A stretch of 64,000 bases of DNA from an uncultured virus (IMG/VR IMGVR_UViG_3300037808_001064) (Duplodnaviria > Heunggongvirae > Uroviricota > Caudoviricetes), in the IMG/VR virus record IMGVR_UViG_3300037808_001064, one strand, 5' to 3'. The translations under genes and the position numbers were made by a program. Below the pieces are notes generated by a model that did no database searches, was not told the DNA's origin, and was given only the letters and a program-made list of their open reading frames with translations. Positions 46,961-56,212 of this stretch are shown in pieces. Position 1 is the first letter of the stretch; the number at the start of each line of letters is the position of its first letter.

Positions 46961-47611
46961 ATGTTGAGACCGGTGTTGGCGTTCTATCTTGTAAGCCCCC
47001 ATGCTGACGTTGCTAAGCTGGGACCAGGCTGTGGAGCAACGTACCGAACAGTGGGGCCAACATGTCCCAAGAGCTGCCCGCTGTTTGACAATGGATGCTA
47101 TGCCCAAAGGGGCCGCGTCTACATGGTGCAGAGATGGCACCAGAAGCGAAGGGATGAGCTGAGGAAGGCTCGTGGTATCGGCTACATTCGCCACTTGGTG
47201 ACAGGAGGATGGATGAAGCCCACGAAGAATGATCGACGTGTCGTTGACCGGGATCATGCCAGAGCTGTCTTTGAATGGCACCTTGAACGAACCCAGAAGA
47301 ACACTGTTGGATGGAGCTACACCCATGCTCCGAGACAGATGAAAGCCGCTGGGTTTGGTCCTGAGAATCAGCCACCGGGGCTGACCATACTCGCCAGTTG
47401 TCACTCACTGGAGGAAGCTGCTGAGTTGCAGAAGGATGGGTGGAAGACAGCGAGAGTGACTGAGGAGATGGACAAGGTGAAGGGTGAGTTGTATTGCCCT
47501 TATGACATGAACAAGTGGAAGGGGATCAGTAACAAAGATACTGACACCAACTGCATGACATGTCGGAAGTGTTTTGAAGGACCAACGAACATTGTGTTCC
47601 TGAAGTTTTGA
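46961..47611 (+). CDS. Gp88-like Cys-rich phage protein (possible Fe-S / radical-SAM-derived)
   Basis: TCPKSCP...GCYA, IRHLVTG, WSYTH, CP...CMTCRKC. Confidence 0.6.
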   Translation: MLRPVLAFYLVSPHADVAKLGPGCGATYRTVGPTCPKSCPLFDNGCYAQRGRVYMVQRWHQKRRDELRKARGIGYIRHLVTGGWMKPTKNDRRVVDRDHARAVFEWHLERTQKNTVGWSYTHAPRQMKAAGFGPENQPPGLTILASCHSLEEAAELQKDGWKTARVTEEMDKVKGELYCPYDMNKWKGISNKDTDTNCMTCRKCFEGPTNIVFLKF

Positions 47612-47621
47612 GGAGACCGAG

Positions 47622-47828
47622 ATGAGTAACGACATGGACATTGTTGTCAGTGACCCTGACGGCAAGAACGAAACCGTATACCGATACTCCAACATGAACT
47701 GGAGAAACAGGTATGCCTGTATGACATCAGGTGGACTGGTTGTGATGTGGGCTCCGAAAGAAGTGAACGAAGGTGGTTACGTAATCACCAGTGGTCGACG
47801 GTGGACACTCAGAAAGAGAAAGGCGTAG
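47622..47828 (+). CDS. Early hypothetical protein
   Basis: GAGGAGACC leader. Confidence 0.6.
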   Translation: MSNDMDIVVSDPDGKNETVYRYSNMNWRNRYACMTSGGLVVMWAPKEVNEGGYVITSGRRWTLRKRKA

Positions 47829-47830
47829 AG

Positions 47831-48256
47831 ATGAAACCGATGACAAGGCTGAAGAAGCTGAAGAAGAAGATGGACTCACTCGCTGGAGATGAGAAGGACG
47901 ACGAATACTGGGGACTGCATGAGGCCATGAAGTTCAAGCTGAAGGAGCTTCTCAATGATCAAGTGTCCATGCTGCTAATGAGCAAAGCAGAGATGCTGCT
48001 GTTCATAAGGTGGTGCTCGTCGTTCCGCCCCAAAGAGCCGCATGTGATCCTGATGAACATCGGAGCACTGGGTGACCTGGACCACGAAGACATCGCCCTG
48101 CTGAAGATGAAGGACAGGTGGGGCACGGAGGGCGTGAAGGACATTAGCATCACGAACAAGACGATCCGGGTGGTCTACGAGGATGGCTTCCGGCCATTCA
48201 TCAACCGGGTAGTGTACTTCGACCGCTACATGAGAATCGTCAAGTACGAAAACTGA
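47831..48256 (+). CDS. Early hypothetical protein, 141 aa
   Basis: Coupled ORF. Confidence 0.6.
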   Translation: MKPMTRLKKLKKKMDSLAGDEKDDEYWGLHEAMKFKLKELLNDQVSMLLMSKAEMLLFIRWCSSFRPKEPHVILMNIGALGDLDHEDIALLKMKDRWGTEGVKDISITNKTIRVVYEDGFRPFINRVVYFDRYMRIVKYEN

Positions 48257-48331
48257 AACACTCCAACACTGTTCCTTGTGAAAGGCAGGGGGCAGGGTTG
48301 GGATTTTTCTTAACCTGAGTTGGAGGATGTA

Positions 48332-48508
48332 ATGGACATATTCACTGTGGCAAACCGCATGAAGCAGCAGAAGGATGTGATGAGTGCGAAGGTGGTGGTG
48401 AGAGCTGACGGCAAGAAGGTCGTCAGAGCGAAGATGCAAAACAGACTGCATGATGGGACCAAGGTGACAAGAGTCCGATTCTACGATGCACATGGCGACA
48501 TGCTTTGA
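48332..48508 (+). CDS. Small basic protein, 58 aa
   Basis: GGAGG SD. Confidence 0.55.
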   Translation: MDIFTVANRMKQQKDVMSAKVVVRADGKKVVRAKMQNRLHDGTKVTRVRFYDAHGDML

Positions 48509-48587
48509 TACTATGAGGTTTCCTGTTGGCTTGGTCTCCGCAGGGTTGGCCCCACGGTGTCGAAAGATGCCGTGGGGTTTTTCGTTT
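48506..48587 (+). ncRNA. Candidate small RNA: extended -10 (TG-A-TACTAT), hairpin with CTTGGTCT loop, intrinsic terminator
   Basis: TGATACTAT 48506-48514; CTTGGTCTCC 48530-48539; CCCCACGGTGTC-GAAA-GATGCCGTGGGG-TTTTT 48550-48582. Confidence 0.55.
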
Positions 48588-48606
48588 CTACAGAGGAGTA
48601 TAAGGG

Positions 48607-48969
48607 ATGAGAGTTGACGTTTACCGAAACCTGAACCGGCGAGATGGGGTGTGGTACTCCATCCGGTACGAAGGAAAAGTACAGGAGTATGCCAGGTATG
48701 TGCTGCTGAAAAACTGTTCATTCAAGCATGCGACAAAGGAACAAATGGCCGCCGTAAGAAGCGGACCACGAGGAGTGTGCCAATGGATCAAGGGTGACCG
48801 CGATCTTGTGATGCTTGAGCCGACTGATGTTGAGTGGAAAGACATGGTCTGCGACCCAAAGAGGTTCGACGGGTTCTGTGATTCAGAGACCGGCGAACAG
48901 CTGGGTGACGTTGACTGGGTGAGGCTCTGGGAGAACGGGAGGGCTCAGTATGCAGTCGTTGCTGTTTGA
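48607..48969 (+). CDS. Conserved-looking phage hypothetical protein, 120 aa
   Basis: VDVYRNL....WYSI motif; GAGGAG SD. Confidence 0.7.
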   Translation: MRVDVYRNLNRRDGVWYSIRYEGKVQEYARYVLLKNCSFKHATKEQMAAVRSGPRGVCQWIKGDRDLVMLEPTDVEWKDMVCDPKRFDGFCDSETGEQLGDVDWVRLWENGRAQYAVVAV

Positions 48970-49240
48970 CTACGACCAGGAAGCAAGCAAGTGGCAGATC
49001 CATGAAGGAGCATGGAGACGCGACACCAATTACCCCAAAGAGGCCGGGTACACACCAGTTTTGGTGCAGTGCCTGGGCTCTGGGTATCTCCGGTACGAGA
49101 TTGGATGTGTTGTCGGAGGTGAGTTGTGTGTTCAGACGAGCTGGTGTGATGAGACTGAGAGTTTTGCTGCTGTCACCGGGATGGTGAGGTGGATTTTACT
49201 GAGTGACGTTCATGAGATTTTGATGAAGGAAACCAAATGA
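48950..49240 (+). CDS. Early hypothetical protein
   Basis: GGAGG SD. Confidence 0.55.
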   Translation: MQSLLFDYDQEASKWQIHEGAWRRDTNYPKEAGYTPVLVQCLGSGYLRYEIGCVVGGELCVQTSWCDETESFAAVTGMVRWILLSDVHEILMKETK

Positions 49241-49518
49241 TCTATGTAGTAACAGGCCGATGCCGTGGTGACGATGAAGACTCTGTTCTTGAAATAAAAT
49301 CGAAGTTTAAGAATGAGGCGATGTCTGATTTCACTGACATTATGGACGAGGATAACCGAAGGGGGACTGAGATTTATGTGAATGAGGTCATGGGCCCATA
49401 CGTCCATGCCGATGAGTTCAAGGCGTTAGAAAAGGAATACAACCACCAAACCAAGAAGATGCAACACGGCTGCTATGACTTTCACTGTAACCTTTGCGAT
49501 GGAGACCCAAATGCCTGA
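49237..49518 (+). CDS. Early hypothetical protein
   Basis: GAAGGAAACC leader variant. Confidence 0.6.
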   Translation: MIYVVTGRCRGDDEDSVLEIKSKFKNEAMSDFTDIMDEDNRRGTEIYVNEVMGPYVHADEFKALEKEYNHQTKKMQHGCYDFHCNLCDGDPNA

Positions 49519-49762
49519 GTCATTCACTGATGAACACGGAACAGTATTTACCCCTATCGTCGAAGGTGGAACTGCCGGGCTAAAAATTGAAGACCCCGAA
49601 GGAAAAGTGTCGTACCTTCGCCTAAACCCATCAGGCGATTCGGATGATGGAGTATCGACTGTTTTTCTGTACCACGACGAGAGATGGGATTCCCTGTGCT
49701 GCCCTGTCTGTTACCTCGATGTCTATTCACCAAAGGAGACCAAGAATGCCGAGTCTGTTTGA
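49511..49762 (+). CDS. Early hypothetical protein, 83 aa
   Basis: GGAGACC leader. Confidence 0.6.
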   Translation: MPESFTDEHGTVFTPIVEGGTAGLKIEDPEGKVSYLRLNPSGDSDDGVSTVFLYHDERWDSLCCPVCYLDVYSPKETKNAESV

Positions 49763-50444
49763 GAAGTACCGACCCAAAGAGTGGAAGGAAGTCGTTGGCC
49801 ATGCTCGCATGAAGCAGCGACTGAAGAAGATGACGCGTGACGACGACGTGTCGGGGAAAGCGTTCATGTTTTACGGTTCCTCGGGGATCGGCAAGAGCGT
49901 ATGTGCTGAGCTGTTGGCAGCCAACGTCTGTGACCCTGACAACATTCAGGTCTATGACGCATCGAAGATCACCACAGCGGTCCTGGACAACCTCGACAAC
50001 CGATCGGGGCAGTTGCTGTTGGGAACCAAGCATGGCCGAGCTGTCATCATCAACGAGTGCCACAAGCTGGACTCTCGATGTATCGGCCGGCTGTTGAACA
50101 TGCTGGATCCTGTGCCGCGGAATGTGGTCTACATCTTCACCACTCAGGCCCATAAGCAAAAGGGTTTGTTTGATGACGATGACAGCAGTGCCCTGGAGAG
50201 TCGATGTACTGTGTTCCACCTGGAGCACAAGAAGTACGCCAAGCTGTTTGCGAAGCGTACCATGGACATTGCGAGGGAGGAGGAGCTGGATGACGGTCAA
50301 GAGCTGGTTGAGTATGTGCAGCTGGCTCTGGACTGTGAGTGTAACCTGCGGAAGATGATCAGCATGATTGATGCTGGTGAGTTCTTGCCGGAGGAACTGG
50401 TAGAGGTTCTTGAGAATCGTGCAACTGCAATACCGGAGGTGTAA
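49746..50444 (+). CDS. Clamp-loader-type AAA+ ATPase (DnaX/RFC-like), 232 aa
   Basis: EKYRP..W.EVVGH, Walker A GSSGIGKS, IINECHKL, SRC motif. Confidence 0.85.
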   Translation: MPSLFEKYRPKEWKEVVGHARMKQRLKKMTRDDDVSGKAFMFYGSSGIGKSVCAELLAANVCDPDNIQVYDASKITTAVLDNLDNRSGQLLLGTKHGRAVIINECHKLDSRCIGRLLNMLDPVPRNVVYIFTTQAHKQKGLFDDDDSSALESRCTVFHLEHKKYAKLFAKRTMDIAREEELDDGQELVEYVQLALDCECNLRKMISMIDAGEFLPEELVEVLENRATAIPEV

Positions 50445-50445
50445 C

Positions 50446-51300
50446 ATGAACAACACAAATTATTCTCAACTGCGGAAAGACGGAAAGCTCTGCGGTACGA
50501 TCAAGGCCGCGAAGGAAAAGCGTGGCAAGCGGGACATGTCGCAGTTCGTTGCGGATCGGCCGAAACGAGTGATTGACCGTACGGTCCTGATCAACGCCGG
50601 ACCAACGCTGGTTCATGCTGCTCGTGACAGAGTTATGTCTATCCATTCCCAGAAATCCAACTGGGAACCTGGAGTGGAGGAAGATCGATCGTCAACAGTC
50701 GCCACAATCAAAACCATTGACAATGGCCGATACAGTTCAAGATGCACCTTCACGCACTACACGTACTCGGTCTGCGTCAGAAGCTGTGGTCGAGTCACAC
50801 GCAATAGGCTTGTGGCACTAATCGGTGACAAGCGGATCAAGATGACCGCTCCCGCTGGCTGGTGTTTTGGGTGTGACGAGTACGGTCTGTACGTTGTCCG
50901 CAAACGTCGAGAACACACTCCGCGGTTCAGGTATCACTTCAATTCTGACAACCTCGCAAGCAAGTCAGCGTTACGAAATGCAGGGATTGCACATGAGCGG
51001 TTTTTGATCGAGACGACCAAGGAAAAACAGCTCTCCGCAAGACACAGACGGCTGGCAATTGAGGCTGGGGTGTTTGTCGGATACCAGGATTCACGGGCAG
51101 CAGGCAATTGTCATGCCGGCACGGTTCAGTGGTTCCGTTCACACGAATTGAACATCTATAAACACTACCCGTTGAGTGTCGCGAAGTCATTCGGTGATTC
51201 ACAATTCGGGGCGGTCCACAGGACGATTGAAGCGGCGATTGTAAGGACGGTCAAGGAACTCAAAGCAGGCTTCTGTAGCCTGGCGAAGATTGCGAAGTAA
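50446..51300 (+). CDS. Basic hypothetical protein, 284 aa
   Basis: GGAGGT SD; DS..AGNC..GT..W C-terminal motif. Confidence 0.7.
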   Translation: MNNTNYSQLRKDGKLCGTIKAAKEKRGKRDMSQFVADRPKRVIDRTVLINAGPTLVHAARDRVMSIHSQKSNWEPGVEEDRSSTVATIKTIDNGRYSSRCTFTHYTYSVCVRSCGRVTRNRLVALIGDKRIKMTAPAGWCFGCDEYGLYVVRKRREHTPRFRYHFNSDNLASKSALRNAGIAHERFLIETTKEKQLSARHRRLAIEAGVFVGYQDSRAAGNCHAGTVQWFRSHELNIYKHYPLSVAKSFGDSQFGAVHRTIEAAIVRTVKELKAGFCSLAKIAK

Positions 51301-51374
51301 CCATCATGAGACGCTGCTCACTCGAAAGGGTGGGCAGAGTCCTGCGATGGTGCAGGGTGAGAGGAGACCGAGGG

Positions 51375-51632
51375 ATGAAAACAGCCGAGACCATTCAGCT
51401 GAGGGCCAGCAGGGACGGGGATGTCCTCATGCCAAATGGGGACTTGTTGTTGCACCAGTATGAAGCTGGCGACTGGGACAAGATCGCATGGCCGCTGACT
51501 GAAGAGCAGAAGCCGCAACTTGCCTCCGCGATCTATGCGGAGATTATGTGCAGTGACGAGAACTACCCAGAAGACTCGACAGTACTGTTGCCCGATGGGC
51601 ACGAGTTTGACCTTTACAAATGGCTACCATAA
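51375..51632 (+). CDS. Early hypothetical protein, 85 aa
   Basis: GAGAGGAGACC leader. Confidence 0.65.
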   Translation: MKTAETIQLRASRDGDVLMPNGDLLLHQYEAGDWDKIAWPLTEEQKPQLASAIYAEIMCSDENYPEDSTVLLPDGHEFDLYKWLP

Positions 51633-51645
51633 GGAGGAAGAAAGG

Positions 51646-51948
51646 ATGAACCCATTCGAAACGACGATGGAGGCGGAAGAAAGACGACGCAGAGAAGAGA
51701 AGAGCATCTACCGCGTCATCTGCGACAGGACTCATTCCAGCAAGGATGGAGCTGACCTTGTCATTAAAGGTACTCACGGCACACTCATGGGCTGGTCAGA
51801 TGACGCCCCACAAACCAACCATGTCGTCGTGAAGTGGGACCACCACATGTACTGCGACAGCTTTGACGAAGACCGTGGGGCAACAGGGGTCGGGCTCATG
51901 ACCGACATTGACCCCAGCCACATCACCCATATAGGAAAAGACGAATGA
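51646..51948 (+). CDS. Early hypothetical protein (SH3-like)
   Basis: AAGGAGG SD; G..G......VVVKWD. Confidence 0.6.
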   Translation: MNPFETTMEAEERRRREEKSIYRVICDRTHSSKDGADLVIKGTHGTLMGWSDDAPQTNHVVVKWDHHMYCDSFDEDRGATGVGLMTDIDPSHITHIGKDE

Positions 51949-52292
51949 CCAACCGCATCTGGAAGATGATACGAAAGAAGAAGCCGCCTCAACCGGACCC
52001 ACAGCTCTTTGACTCTCGGGACATCACGTCACCACTCACGTTGCAGTGTGCAATGCAGAGTGCGGTGTCAAAGAGGTTTGTGATCGACGATGAGTGGCTG
52101 AAGGAGAATGCCAATCTGTGCCCACAGAACCCGCATCCTTACGCCATACTGGGTATCAACCGGACGAGCATCTACAACTCCGAATGCACACTGTGCATGG
52201 CTCCGTACAAGGACGACGGATTCCCTGACATGAGCCATGTGCTGCTGTCGGTGCCGGCCGGGAAGGCGGGTGTGGCAGCCAAGCAGACTTAG
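51945..52292 (+). CDS. Hypothetical protein, last of the rightward cluster
   Basis: ATGA overlap. Confidence 0.6.
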   Translation: MTNRIWKMIRKKKPPQPDPQLFDSRDITSPLTLQCAMQSAVSKRFVIDDEWLKENANLCPQNPHPYAILGINRTSIYNSECTLCMAPYKDDGFPDMSHVLLSVPAGKAGVAAKQT

Positions 52293-52471
52293 TGATGCGG
52301 TATGGGGGACTTGTGTTTGCTGATTAAGTCATTCAGCCTTGCACTGGCCGTCATAACCGATTCTTCTTTAATGGTCTCTTTTTGGAGACGATCGAACAGC
52401 TCACAGGGGGTTTCCTTGTGAGCTGTTTTTTTTTCGACTTTGCTTCCGAACAGTCGTTTGAAGAATCTCAT
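52289..52471 (-). CDS. Small hypothetical protein
   Basis: AAGGTGAGACC-ATG leader. Confidence 0.55.
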   Translation of the reverse strand: MRFFKRLFGSKVEKKTAHKETPCELFDRLQKETIKEESVMTASARLNDLISKHKSPIPHH

Positions 52472-52480
52472 GGTCTCACC

Positions 52481-52783
52481 TTAGATGGCTGATATCCGAT
52501 TCTCGATCTCTCCGAGAATTGTCACCAGTTCAGTGTATTTCGCCAAAGCCTTGGAGTCTCGTACGGCATCTGAATCGCCCAAAGAGGGATTGATGCCGGT
52601 AACCGTCAGATCGTGGATCAGAAGGGCCTTCTGGAGCCCCACGACCAGGATATTAGTGGCCGCTTGTTGCTTGATCAACGACAAGACGAGCTTTTCGTGC
52701 CGGGTTGTCATCCACCAGATGAGCATTCCCAGCATTCCACCAATCGTGGAGGTTTCAACTATTTTCAAAATTACGTCATCCAT
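52481..52783 (-). CDS. Membrane protein with one N-terminal TM and a coiled coil (holin-like)
   Basis: TIGGMLGMLIWWM hydrophobic segment. Confidence 0.55.
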   Translation of the reverse strand: MDDVILKIVETSTIGGMLGMLIWWMTTRHEKLVLSLIKQQAATNILVVGLQKALLIHDLTVTGINPSLGDSDAVRDSKALAKYTELVTILGEIENRISAI

Positions 52784-52896
52784 AGCAATTTCCCCTGTCC
52801 TGTTAGCCCCAGTGTGTGCGATCCCTCCACTGGGTACGGTTTGGTGGCCGGAAACTGTTCATAGCAGTTTTCGGCCTTTTTCATGCGCTATGGGTA

Positions 52897-52956
52897 CAAA
52901 AGAGGGGCCACCAGGTGTTGAGCAGCGAGGGGGATGAGACCTCTACCTGGTGGCCC
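52897..52956 (-). terminator. Long-loop hairpin / terminator after the beta-helix gene
   Basis: GGGCCACCAGGT...ACCTGGTGGCCC, 12-bp stem, followed by CTCTTTTG. Confidence 0.55.
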
Positions 52957-52965
52957 GTAATCGAA

Positions 52966-53919
52966 CTACGCGTCAGTTGCAGCTGTCCAGTTGATCGAGA
53001 TTGATTTCTCGGCAACAGCGTTAGCAACGTGATTCTCACCCATGACAACGAATGTTGCACCAGTGATCGCCTCTGTCAGATTCGCAGCGTTATCCTGCAG
53101 GAAGATGTTGACATTAGGACCAATAATCCCGGTGGACGCCGTGATGGTATCTAGAATGCCAAGGTCTTCCGCGCCTTCTGTCCAGATCTGACAGTCGTGA
53201 ACGCGAAGGCGAACGACAGCTGTGGTTCGGCATTCAATGGCGCCGAGGTCAAAGTTGCCGTAGAACTCACAATTGCGGATGGTGACATCGTCACAGCCCA
53301 CAAGGGCGATCGCCGTGTCACCACCGTCACCAGCGGCACCAATGAACCGCAGGCCATCGATGAGAAGGCGGTCAGCAGCAACAGAGGTGATAATCACGTC
53401 TGTGGCCTGGCCAGTGACATCACGATACTCACAGTCGATGAGTTCGCAGTCAGCGGCCGTCACTTCGATGACGCCAGTTGTGGCGTCGAGGCCACCGAGG
53501 AACAAGACGTTCCGGACACTGGTGGAAGCCGCGGCCAGCTTGAAGTCAGCCGTGACTGCTGTGGTGAACGTGAAGGTGGCGCGATCAGCTCCTCGGCCAA
53601 GACCGATGATTGTGATGCCGGCAACGTCAATATCAACACCACTGTCGGCAATGATGGTCTCAGCATGACCGGGCATCAGGAGAATGACATCCCCTTTGCT
53701 GGCCGTGCATTCCCCGATAGCAAAATCGAGAGTGGCGAATGGCGTATCTTCATTGCGACCACTGCCCGTACCGTCAACGCCGGTAGAAGAGTCGACGTAG
53801 AAGATGGTTCCCGTGGTTCCTCCAACTGCAAGATCGATTGCATTCGCAATTTCATTCGCAGCGCGCCGACTTGCAAGTCCGGAACGAAGGCTTCCCCTCG
53901 CATCGCTGGAAATAGACAT
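52966..53919 (-). CDS. Pectin-lyase-like beta-helix protein (spike / fibre)
   Basis: FYVDS...G.G....PFATLDFAI...GDVILLMPGHAE plus beta-helix repeats; GGAG SD before ATG 53919. Confidence 0.75.
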   Translation of the reverse strand: MSISSDARGSLRSGLASRRAANEIANAIDLAVGGTTGTIFYVDSSTGVDGTGSGRNEDTPFATLDFAIGECTASKGDVILLMPGHAETIIADSGVDIDVAGITIIGLGRGADRATFTFTTAVTADFKLAAASTSVRNVLFLGGLDATTGVIEVTAADCELIDCEYRDVTGQATDVIITSVAADRLLIDGLRFIGAAGDGGDTAIALVGCDDVTIRNCEFYGNFDLGAIECRTTAVVRLRVHDCQIWTEGAEDLGILDTITASTGIIGPNVNIFLQDNAANLTEAITGATFVVMGENHVANAVAEKSISINWTAATDA

Positions 53920-53986
53920 AGCACAGTTTCTCCAAACAAAGATAAACAGACCATCCGCTTCGTACACAGACAGTGTTTTCGTTGTT

Positions 53987-54241
53987 CTACTCGTAGATCC
54001 CGACCATCAGGGTCGCTGTACTGGCGGTTGTGATGACACCGCTGATCGGAAGGATCGTGCCAATCGGAACAGCTGAGAACGTAGTGGTGGTGCCTTCGTC
54101 GTCAAGGACAACGACGTGGCCCGTTCCGCCAACGTACACAGCCCTCATCGGCCGACCATTCACCTTTTGCTCAGCAGTGTCGTGCGGGACAATGGCGGCA
54201 GCCCTGCGCGATGGCGACAGATTTTTAATTGGCGGGGACAT
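53987..54241 (-). CDS. Head spike-base protein (GTA Rcc01079-like)
   Basis: RAVYVGGTG.VVV......TF..VP.GTILPI......T.TA pattern. Confidence 0.7.
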   Translation of the reverse strand: MSPPIKNLSPSRRAAAIVPHDTAEQKVNGRPMRAVYVGGTGHVVVLDDEGTTTTFSAVPIGTILPISGVITTASTATLMVGIYE

Positions 54242-54249
54242 GGTTGGTC

Positions 54250-56004
54250 CTATTGAATACTTTTCATCAGTGATCGGATCTCGCTCAGGCCCGTGAATAT
54301 ACCACTATCAGGAGAAAACATTCCACTGCAAACGCCAAGTAGTTCTCCAGCAGGCGTGAAGAGCCCCCCTCCGGAGCGACCAGTGGCGTGCCGGCCGGAA
54401 CAGACGAGAGAAGATGGGCCAGTGAACTTATTGATACTCAGGAGCTTACAGTCTGAGCGGATCTGGGGCCCAGCGTGATCAAATCCGTACGAAACGAGCG
54501 GAGATCCTGTCGGCGGAACCTCATTGGCCAATGGAGCATACGCGATAAATGTGGTGTTCCCGGTCACTTTAAGAATCGCCAAGTCTGTTGGTGTCGGCAA
54601 GAGGGCCACCATCTCAGCTGGGTATTCTGTCCCGGTGTTCGGGTCGTAGACTGACAGTGTTTTGTGTTTTCGGAACACATGAGCACAGGTCAGGATGTAG
54701 GCGACACCACCTTCTGACTTGACCACCGTCCCACTGCCAGCGTCACCGTTGCCATCTGAGGACCTGGCATGAACTCGGACGGACACCATAGACGCACTCA
54801 TGGTCTTTTGACTGTCTTGTGGATTCAGGTCTCGCTCAATGCCTGCAAGAAGGCGATTGAATACCGACGCTACCCTGTACCCCCACTGGTATTTAGGAGA
54901 CGCGACTGTGGGCCCATCATGCAAGATGTGGTATTCACCGTCACGAAGAACGCCCACCTGGAATGCTGGGTACAACCCCACCCCGTTTTTTCTGCCTTCG
55001 CGTGTTCCGCGGTCAATCACTTCGTATGTCATTTTTGATCGCTCATTTGCCGTCCACTGCCGGCATGCAGCACACCCATCGAAGTGGTAGAACAGAAGGA
55101 CAGGCGTCTCGTGAGCCTTTACCTCTTCGGTCAAGACAGGGGCAGACACGGTCATCGGCACGAACGTGTGGAACGATCTCTTGACTGGCTGGTCAGCTGG
55201 GTCGTCCGTCCATAGCCACACCTCGTCGTGCTCCACCATGTCGAGCCCTTCGATCTCGTGATAAGGCGACACCACCTTGGATAGGCCGGCGAACTTGCCC
55301 GCGACCATCAGCTCTGTCAGCAGCTCCGGGTACAAGTAGGCCAGACCGATCGAGATGTGATACTTGCTGGGGTCAACGTCCCGAACGTCTCGATGCTGGA
55401 CGATGACGGATCCAGCTGCGATCCGGCCGGCGACGACGGCCTCCTGAACATGCTGTCTGGCCTTCTTGACCATGTCGATGTCGATCTCGAACCCATAGGC
55501 ACGCTTGGCACCGGACTCAACGGCGCGAATCGACCACTCAGCGATACCACAACCAAACTCACCGACTGTGTCATAAGGGCCGATGTCGGCAATGCGGATG
55601 CCGGTGTCCATATGGCCGGAGGGTGTGGGGGATTGGCCGACTTCTTTGAGTGCGGCCTTTATCGCGTCAGCTGCCTTCACTGTGGCAGAATGCCGGGCTG
55701 CTGACTTCATGGACTTCCCCTGTGACATGTACTCAGCCTTCCATCCATAAATGTTGTCACACATGTTGCAGGGACAGCGAACGAACCTCTTCCGCCGGCC
55801 GACACCTTTGTTTCTCCCACGACTGTACGACTCAAGGTCGATGTTGGCCGTCTTGTTGTTCTCCGGCCACTTCTGCATCCGAGCAATGCGACCATCCGGT
55901 GTCCGAATCTGACTCCGTGAGTGTGGCATGGTGACAAGAATAAGGCCCAAGATTAACGTGAGCCAGATTCCAAGTGCGACTATGCTCCGTTTTCTCTCGT
56001 TCAT
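54250..56004 (-). CDS. Membrane-anchored fusion: SAM-methyltransferase-like, thioredoxin-like and trypsin-like serine protease domains
   Basis: N-terminal TM; EFGCG...GFEID; CAAC; LTCAHV, DLAIL, GRSGGGLF catalytic triad. Confidence 0.8.
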   Translation of the reverse strand: MNERKRSIVALGIWLTLILGLILVTMPHSRSQIRTPDGRIARMQKWPENNKTANIDLESYSRGRNKGVGRRKRFVRCPCNMCDNIYGWKAEYMSQGKSMKSAARHSATVKAADAIKAALKEVGQSPTPSGHMDTGIRIADIGPYDTVGEFGCGIAEWSIRAVESGAKRAYGFEIDIDMVKKARQHVQEAVVAGRIAAGSVIVQHRDVRDVDPSKYHISIGLAYLYPELLTELMVAGKFAGLSKVVSPYHEIEGLDMVEHDEVWLWTDDPADQPVKRSFHTFVPMTVSAPVLTEEVKAHETPVLLFYHFDGCAACRQWTANERSKMTYEVIDRGTREGRKNGVGLYPAFQVGVLRDGEYHILHDGPTVASPKYQWGYRVASVFNRLLAGIERDLNPQDSQKTMSASMVSVRVHARSSDGNGDAGSGTVVKSEGGVAYILTCAHVFRKHKTLSVYDPNTGTEYPAEMVALLPTPTDLAILKVTGNTTFIAYAPLANEVPPTGSPLVSYGFDHAGPQIRSDCKLLSINKFTGPSSLVCSGRHATGRSGGGLFTPAGELLGVCSGMFSPDSGIFTGLSEIRSLMKSIQ

Positions 56005-56210
56005 TACTCTCGTTTCCATGTGTGAGTTTTCGCGGCTTCTTTACCGTTGTCCGCAATCCCTTGCCCAATCAGGTAAGCCATTATTGTGTTGACGATGTTA
56101 GTGGCCTGATCCTCAGTGAGACCGAGGCCATCCGAAAAGATGATGATAAGGGCAGCGGTCAAGGCCGCGTAGAACTTCTTTGAGTTGAAAAGCTGCTTGA
56201 AGATGTTCAT
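56004..56210 (-). CDS. Two-TM holin-like protein, 68 aa
   Basis: SKKFYAAL...AYLIGQGIAD. Confidence 0.7.
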   Translation of the reverse strand: MNIFKQLFNSKKFYAALTAALIIIFSDGLGLTEDQATNIVNTIMAYLIGQGIADNGKEAAKTHTWKRE

Positions 56211-56212
56211 CG

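Noticed and set aside
52905..52956. GGUCUC in the loop of this hairpin as a third antisense RNA
   Set aside because: Only 6-7 nt of complementarity and no promoter evidence
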